Shown here: one piece after another, positions 58,151-64,000 of the stretch | Layout of the letters: each line of letters starts with the position of its first letter | How positions within the stretch are numbered: position 1 is the stretch's first letter | DNA from: an uncultured Candidatus Saccharibacteria bacterium | GTDB lineage: Bacteria; Patescibacteriota; Saccharimonadia; Saccharimonadales; UBA7683 | Length of the DNA stretch: 64,000 nucleotides | Assembly: GCA_964541305.1 (NCBI GenBank) | Contig: CAZIPE010000002.1 | Location: forward strand, 7,972 to 71,971 | Direction: 5' to 3' | Notes under the pieces: generated by a model | What the model saw: only the letters and a program-made list of their open reading frames with translations | Databases searched by the model: none | Told to the model about the DNA's origin: nothing | Made by a program: the position numbers and the translations under genes

Positions 58151-58974
58151 ATTTGTTTTCCTTTGGCAATTTGATTCTCAGATTTTCTCAACTTAGCTAC
58201 GTTTGATGCATTCTCAATTATTGGCTTAAACGTATGTAGATTCAGACTTGCACCGCCGGCGAGTAATCCATTAATTCCATCGATGCTCAAAAAGGCATTC
58301 ACCAGGTCGGCAGATACACTAGCGCCATATAAAATTCGTACTTTTTCTGCTGTACGAGCACCATACAGCTCGGCAATATTATGCCGGATCACTCGCTGGG
58401 CAACCTCAACATCTTCAGGAGTCGCTGTAGGATGATTGACAAAATCCTTTCCATTACTGATAGCCCAGACAGGTTCGTAGGCAATGACAATTTTCTTCAC
58501 TTCCTCAGAAGTGAGCTGGGAGAGGCCGAGGGTAATTTGATGATGCAATACTTGATTTGTTTGATGATGTGTCCGCTCCAGTAACGTTTCGCCCACACAT
58601 AACACAGGAGTAATGCCTGATCGAAATGCCGCCGCAACTTTTTGCATCACATCTGCGTCTCTTTCGCCAAACACATGTCGACGTTCTGAATGACCGACAA
58701 GTACATATTTTGCGACTCCTCGAAGCATTGGCATGCTCACTTCGCCAGTGTACGCACCCTCGTCCTTCCAAAATGCGTTCTGAGCGGCAACGGCAATATC
58801 TGACTTTTTGAGAATTTCAGCAACTCTCACCAGCGCAAGCGCATGCGGAGCTACAACTACTTCTACATCCTTATGCTGTGGTAACTTACTAAGCTTACCT
58901 GCAAAATTAGCAGCTTCTTTTACAGTGAAGTTCATCTTCCAGTTACCGAGAATCAATATCTTACTACCACCCAT
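58147..58974 (-). CDS. tpiA: triose-phosphate isomerase
   Basis: 275 aa with GNWKMN, VGHSERR, AYEPVWAI and GGASL motifs. Confidence 0.95.
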   Translation of the reverse strand: MGGSKILILGNWKMNFTVKEAANFAGKLSKLPQHKDVEVVVAPHALALVRVAEILKKSDIAVAAQNAFWKDEGAYTGEVSMPMLRGVAKYVLVGHSERRHVFGERDADVMQKVAAAFRSGITPVLCVGETLLERTHHQTNQVLHHQITLGLSQLTSEEVKKIVIAYEPVWAISNGKDFVNHPTATPEDVEVAQRVIRHNIAELYGARTAEKVRILYGASVSADLVNAFLSIDGINGLLAGGASLNLHTFKPIIENASNVAKLRKSENQIAKGKQI

Positions 58975-59002
58975 AATTCATACCCACCTTTTATACTTAT
59001 GG

Positions 59003-61509
59003 TTATTGTAGCATAAAACGGCGATACCACAGAGTCAGACTACCAATGGTGATAATAGTAATGCTCAAGCCCATGAAGAGTAGTATTGAATGGCCAGAAT
59101 CGGCTAAATCATTTTCGTTACCACTTTCTGTCGTAGCCACCCCATCATTAGACAATGGATATACCGCAGTAGCAAGATTATTCGGAGTATTTTGGAGGGC
59201 GCCCAAGTAAGAGAGGATGTCTCCAGAGCCAAATGCGGCGTAAAGATCGAGTACCTCAGGGTCTCCTACTATAGACATCGCAATTGCATGGATTGCAAAA
59301 GACAGATCAGAATCTGGACTAACTTCGATGTTCATACTTAGAGGGACAGATGAGCCAGATTCAAGTACCGTGTCTGAGCCCGTAAACCAGCATGCGACTA
59401 GTCCAAGAGATGTGTCTGTACTATAACTAAACATTGCTGCAGCAGGAGCTGCTACATAAAGACAGTTAAGGTCGGGATTACCTACATCAAAAAAATACGA
59501 CCCTGGGAATGGACCGTCAGAGATATAGCCAGATGGATTAATTAGGTCGTCTGGAACAAGGACAGTTAGCAGGGAGGTTCCAACTAAAGTATTTGAGAAG
59601 CCACTTAGCTCAGCATCATCTGGGCCATTATTGGTAAGGATATCTGGTAAGATAGGCTTGCTCCTGTAGCTACATCCTGAGGATTGTTAAGGGTGATACT
59701 GGCAGATATGTCTACTAGAGCGGGTGCTTCACCGCCAAATGCACTTGTGGCACCAAAACCACTGGGGGTAGAGACGTCTATTTCTGTAGTGGTCATAGCT
59801 AGGTTAGATACTCCTGTTATCCCAGTTAGAGTGTGCGAGAAGGATTGTTCTCCTGCACCCGTAGAAGTAATATTCTGGAAACCTAGGAAGGTTTCTCCTT
59901 CGCCATATCCAGAAAGATCCGAGGTGGTGTTTGAATAGAATTCTATTCGGTAGTCTCCTGCTGGTGCATCTAGAAGATAATCTACAGTTGTGTCTCCGGA
60001 TGCTTCTTGGATGTTGGTGTATGTAGGGTAGTTAAGGTGGTCGTTAGCTCCGGTGTCTAAGTCCAGGGGATCGTTGAATGGAGAATTTGTATCTAGTGCT
60101 ATACCAACTAGTTGATTATTATAGATTGAGTTTCTTAATATTGAAACTTTTACTTCTGAGGGTGCCACTTTTGCGATGTTCACACCATATCCACTTGATC
60201 CTTGAGAGTTAGCAATTATATTTTCTTCACCCTGATTAACTCCCCCAATCAGTCCCGATGAATCCTGAATATTTACAGCCGTAGCATCATTTGGAGCTTC
60301 TGTTACACCATCCACAAAAGTACCTATGTAGTTACCCTGGATAGAAAAGTTGTCAGATAGGATGAAGCTAACCCCATAATCAGTATTATTAGCAATTATG
60401 TTTCGAGCGCCCTCTGCTGAGCCACCGATAAGCACATTTGAACTCTCCGAAGTCCCTATCCCAGGTCCATTATTTGGCACCGAAACCATTCCAGTGTAGT
60501 CAGTACCTATGTAGTTACCCTGAACAATAAGACCGTCTGCTATATGTGGTGCAAGACCGAAGTTATTATTTCCAGAAATAATATTAATTGCGCTAGGATC
60601 TGTGCCACCTACAAGCACATCGTCTGCAAAATCGATAGAAAAAGCCCCCGAACCGCCAGTTTTTGCATTAGGTATGGCTGTAGTTCCATCCTTACCAACA
60701 CCAACATAATTACCTTGTATAATCCAACCGTGGGCAGGATACCCAGCAGCAGGGCCTCCTCCACTACTATTTCCTGAAATAATGTTTCGATCTTCTGGGT
60801 CAAGACCACCAACTAAAACATTTATCCCGTTATTATCATCATCACACTTACAGCCATTAAGACCAATACTATTTGGCTCCGCACTCATACCATCAGGGCT
60901 GGTTCCAATAAAGTTACCTTGTACCTGTAGCCCGCTATTCTTAAAGCTCTGTATTGCCCTGCCCTCAGTAAAGTCATTTATAATAAGTCCTTTGATACTG
61001 CTATTATCACTACCGTCGTCGAAGACAATTCCCTCAGGAACGTAACCATTACTGTCATCAATACCTGAACCATCCACCTCCACAAGCAAAAGCGCATTTA
61101 TTGGGTTTGGAGCAGGCGCAGTGTTTACTGCTGCGCCCGGTTGGCTATATCCATTAATATGCACCTGCGACGTTATCCGCGGAAGTTCTTGACTTAAAAT
61201 AATTCTATAACCATCCTGGGCACCATTGGTAAAATCAGCGATTTCAGAAATATCGAATTCGATAGTTGAGGTGTCGGCATTAAAATTAGCTTCTTGTATT
61301 GCAGCACGTAGCGTACAGTTACCCGAGCCATCGTCACACTCACCGTTGCCAATGTTACTGTCGGAGCTGTCTAGGGTGGAATCTACGGTAATACCGTCGC
61401 TAAAGTCGATATCGGCGGCTTGAGTCGCTGACGTGTTAATCCCAATAATCGTAATAGCAAAAAGTACTGCTGTCGGCAGAAGGAACTGTAGCCTTTTTAT
61501 CTTTTTCAT
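59003..61509 (-). pseudogene. large surface protein (signal peptide, beta-helix-type repeats, DUF11-like domain, C-terminal sorting-signal-like tail) split by a 1-nt frameshift near 59620-59645
   Basis: ORF A (59605-61509) ends ..ASLSYQISLPIMAQMMLS*. In the -1 frame the sequence continues (ISL)TNNGPDDAELSGFSNTLVGTS.. with no stop down to 59003, restoring the canonical DUF11 motif Y-x-I-x-L-T-N-N-G-P-x-D-A. The tail is LADSG-HS-hydrophobic(ILLFMGLSITIITIGSLTLWY)-RRFMLQ. ORF A has repeated NIISGN and (I/V)QGNY(I/V)G segments and a CTLRAAIQEAN motif. ATG 61509 has GAGGA 7 nt upstream. Confidence 0.7.
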
Positions 61510-61589
61510 CAAAAATCCTCTTGGTTTTTATTCAAGCGGAATTATTGTGGTGTTACTGAGGTACAGTATAGCGTGTTTTAGAGGTAAGC

Positions 61590-62807
61590 TCAAGCATCAA
61601 GCAAGGCTTCGACACCAGGGAGCTTCATACCGCTCAGCAATTCGAGGCTCGCGCCGCCGCCAGTTGAAATATGGCTAAAATGCGCCTTTGGATGTTTCGC
61701 CTGCCAACCAAGTACAAAATCTGCTGTATCACCACCACCTATGATGCTCTCGAGCGAGGGATACTGGTCTGATAAACAGGTCGCAACTGCCTCTGAACTT
61801 TTGGCAAACTGTGGATTCTCTGCGTAACCAATAGGTCCGTTCCATATAACTGTGCCTGCACTTTTAAGATGTTCACAGAAGGAACGAATAGTTTCTGGCC
61901 CAACATCAAGGATGTTGTCATCTCCCCCAATATCCTCAAACGCGATCTCGCGTCGCTGTGCTGTCACACTCACCTCTTTTGCAACTGCAATGTCTGTGGG
62001 CAAAATAAGCTGGTGGGGCTTTGCACGTTTAAGTATCTTTTTCACTTCAGACTCTTGATCGGGCTCATACATACTTTTACCAATATCGTGGCCAGTAAAT
62101 TTCAAAAACGTGTTAGCAAGTGCTCCACCCACTAAAATAGTGTCGGCCTCATTTAAAAAACGCTCAATCAGAGGCAACTTATCGGCAATCTTTGCTCCAC
62201 CAATAACTGCAACGAGGGGCTTGTTCGGATGTGCAATGGCCTTGCTGAGTGACGTCACTTCTTTTTCTAGCAACAAGCCAGCGAGTGCAGGTTTTAAGTG
62301 AGAAATACCCTCTGTGCTCGCATGTGCTCGATGAACAACACCAAAACCATCTTGCACGATATAGTCGGGATTAGTTGCCTCAATAAGTTCTTTGGCAAAC
62401 TGAGGATCATTTTTTTCCTCACCCGGATGAAAACGAACATTCTCAAGTAACAACACGCGCGATGATTGATGCTTCTTTAACGCCTGCTTCGCGCCATCCC
62501 CCACGCAGTTGTGTATAAATTCAATCGAATGACCGAGTAGCTCTTGTAATCTCTCGCCAATAGGTTCAAGACTTTCTTTTTTTGAAACCCTCCATTCTGG
62601 ACGACCAAGATGTGCAAGAATAACTACCTCACACTGACGCTTGAGAAGATATTGAATTGTCGGAACCGCTGATTGAATACGAAAGTCGCTATCAATCTCA
62701 CCCTTCTCGTTTAGTGGTACGTTGAAATCTGCACGCAGTAAGATACGTTTGCTGTGAATATCAACATTTTTTATAGTGCGTTTCGGAAAATGATAGCTGC
62801 TACTCAT
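61590..62807 (-). CDS. pgk: phosphoglycerate kinase
   Basis: 405 aa with RADFNVP, GGAKIADK and STGGGASLE motifs. It starts 2 nt after the pyk stop. Confidence 0.95.
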   Translation of the reverse strand: MSSSYHFPKRTIKNVDIHSKRILLRADFNVPLNEKGEIDSDFRIQSAVPTIQYLLKRQCEVVILAHLGRPEWRVSKKESLEPIGERLQELLGHSIEFIHNCVGDGAKQALKKHQSSRVLLLENVRFHPGEEKNDPQFAKELIEATNPDYIVQDGFGVVHRAHASTEGISHLKPALAGLLLEKEVTSLSKAIAHPNKPLVAVIGGAKIADKLPLIERFLNEADTILVGGALANTFLKFTGHDIGKSMYEPDQESEVKKILKRAKPHQLILPTDIAVAKEVSVTAQRREIAFEDIGGDDNILDVGPETIRSFCEHLKSAGTVIWNGPIGYAENPQFAKSSEAVATCLSDQYPSLESIIGGGDTADFVLGWQAKHPKAHFSHISTGGGASLELLSGMKLPGVEALLDA

Positions 62808-62809
62808 AC

Positions 62810-64000
62810 CTACTTTAATACACGCACCTTAATAGTGTCTGTTGCTCCCATTACCCCCGCATACCTACCCGATGCAGTAACAATTTTGTCACCCTTTTCT
62901 AGCACTTTATTTTCGAGCAGCCAGTCGGTCAGGCGTGTGGCTGCAAATTTATCCGTAGGTCGTACAAAAGAGATTGATCCGTACAATAATGCTAATTGCT
63001 GGGCAGTCCTGTTATTTGGGGTGACAACTAGCAGTGGAAGGTTCGACCGCCATCTGCTTATTGAAAAGGCTGTTTTACCAGATTCTGTTTCCGCAACAAT
63101 CGCCGAGGCTTCAACTTTTTTTGCCAGTTCAATGATGACCGAGGCGACTGCTTCTGTAACACTGAATTCATCATCATCACTAAAATACGCTTTTATGTGA
63201 CTATTTTCCTGAGTGTAGAGGATAATTCTTTGCATCATCGCGACAGCTTCAATTGGGTATCTACCATTGGCAGTTTCGTCTGAGAGCATAACAGCATCGG
63301 CGCCGACAATAACGGCTGTTGCCACATCAGAGACTTCTGCGCGAGTCGGTTCGGGCTCTTCCATCATTGATGCCATCATTTGTGTTGCGACAATACTTAT
63401 TTTTTCATGTTTAATACACAAGCCAATAATATTACGCTGTAAGACCGGCACACTTTCTGGCATCGTCTCAACTGCCAGATCGCCCCGGGCAATCATAATG
63501 CCGTCACTCTCCTTGACGATTTCTTCAATATTGTCTATAGCTAGTTGAGTCTCAACTTTTGTGATAATTTTTGCATCAGACCCAAGGTTATGTAGCAACC
63601 TCCTGAGCTCTTTAATATCATCCGCTGATTGCACAAAACTTAGCGCGACCCAATCAATGTCTTCATCAGCCCCAAATACGATATCTTGACGATCTTTCTT
63701 GGTGATAATGTCACCGCTTAAATTAGTATCCGGCAAATTAATACCTTTTCGCTTGGTCAAAATACCATCATTTTCAAGTCTGATGGAAATAGTTTTTCCA
63801 CGAATACTCGTAATGATCGCCTTGACCTTGCCGTCATACATGAAGATTCGATCACCACGCTTCACTTTCTTAGAAAGGTCGTACTGTATAGGTATTGGAC
63901 CACCCAGTGTATGTACGGCACCGTACTCCAATTGCATTTCTTGACCCTTAACCGCTTCGATTATTCCATCGAAATCACCCAGCCGAATTTTTGGTCCTTG
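62810..64000 (-). CDS. pyk: pyruvate kinase; 5' end runs off the window
   Basis: The track ORF starts at an internal Met. The frame stays open to the window edge and reads ..QGPKIRLGDFDGIIEAVKGQEMQLEYG.., followed by the PK blocks VALSFVQSADD, KVETQLAIDNIEEI, IMIARGDLAVE, ATQMM.SM and MLSDETANG. Confidence 0.9.
   Translation of the reverse strand, partial: QGPKIRLGDFDGIIEAVKGQEMQLEYGAVHTLGGPIPIQYDLSKKVKRGDRIFMYDGKVKAIITSIRGKTISIRLENDGILTKRKGINLPDTNLSGDIITKKDRQDIVFGADEDIDWVALSFVQSADDIKELRRLLHNLGSDAKIITKVETQLAIDNIEEIVKESDGIMIARGDLAVETMPESVPVLQRNIIGLCIKHEKISIVATQMMASMMEEPEPTRAEVSDVATAVIVGADAVMLSDETANGRYPIEAVAMMQRIILYTQENSHIKAYFSDDDEFSVTEAVASVIIELAKKVEASAIVAETESGKTAFSISRWRSNLPLLVVTPNNRTAQQLALLYGSISFVRPTDKFAATRLTDWLLENKVLEKGDKIVTASGRYAGVMGATDTIKVRVLK

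Overview
This 64-kb window is a compact chromosome segment with very short intergenic spacers. I find about 61 protein genes, and about five in six lie on the minus strand. There is one tRNA-Leu(CAG) and one tmRNA (ssrA) that the ORF track hides under a spurious ORF.

Most of the content is housekeeping:
- DNA repair and nucleases: uvrA, uvrC, uvrD/pcrA, sbcB, ruvX, tatD.
- Translation and tRNA modification: alaS, metG, mnmA with a NifS-type cysteine desulfurase, trhO, rsmA, L25, obg, and a DEAD-box helicase.
- Lower glycolysis: pyk, pgk, tpiA.
- Cell division and secretion: ftsA, secG.
- A dense set of peptidoglycan-remodelling enzymes: MltG, LysM-CHAP, an RpfB-like DUF348-G5-transglycosylase, VanY-like and VanX-like M15 peptidases, PgeF, and two DUF218/YdcF proteins.
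- A sortase with two large surface proteins that carry C-terminal sorting-signal-like tails.
- A heterodimer-type ABC exporter pair, two MFS transporters, and a GH37 trehalase.

The proteins are shortened relative to typical homologues (AlaRS 628 aa, MetRS 480 aa, UvrC 490 aa). Biosynthetic genes are few and Gram-positive-type wall genes are present. I infer, without proof, a reduced-genome lineage such as Candidatus Saccharibacteria (TM7) or another CPR bacterium. The standard genetic code applies, because TGA terminates well-conserved genes.

I did not find a clearly delimited new multi-gene system such as a defence island, CRISPR array or mobile element. The items most worth a second look are:
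1. The tmRNA, which has a non-canonical T-loop.
2. A YkgJ-type Cys-cluster gene interrupted by an in-frame TAG inside the mnmA-alaS operon.
3. A beta-helix/DUF11 surface-protein gene of about 835 codons, split by a 1-nt frameshift and sitting between pgk and tpiA.
4. A sortase plus substrates with an x-[P/A]-[E/D]-S-G sorting motif.
5. A recurring promoter layout with an extended -10 box 6-9 nt upstream of the start codon in at least 14 genes, implying leaderless mRNAs.
6. Two AT-richer accessory patches (7.0-10.7 kb and 47.7-50.1 kb, the latter abutting ssrA) that hold orphan proteins of unknown function.
7. A structured leader of about 150 nt with a 17-codon uORF ahead of the ABC exporter pair.
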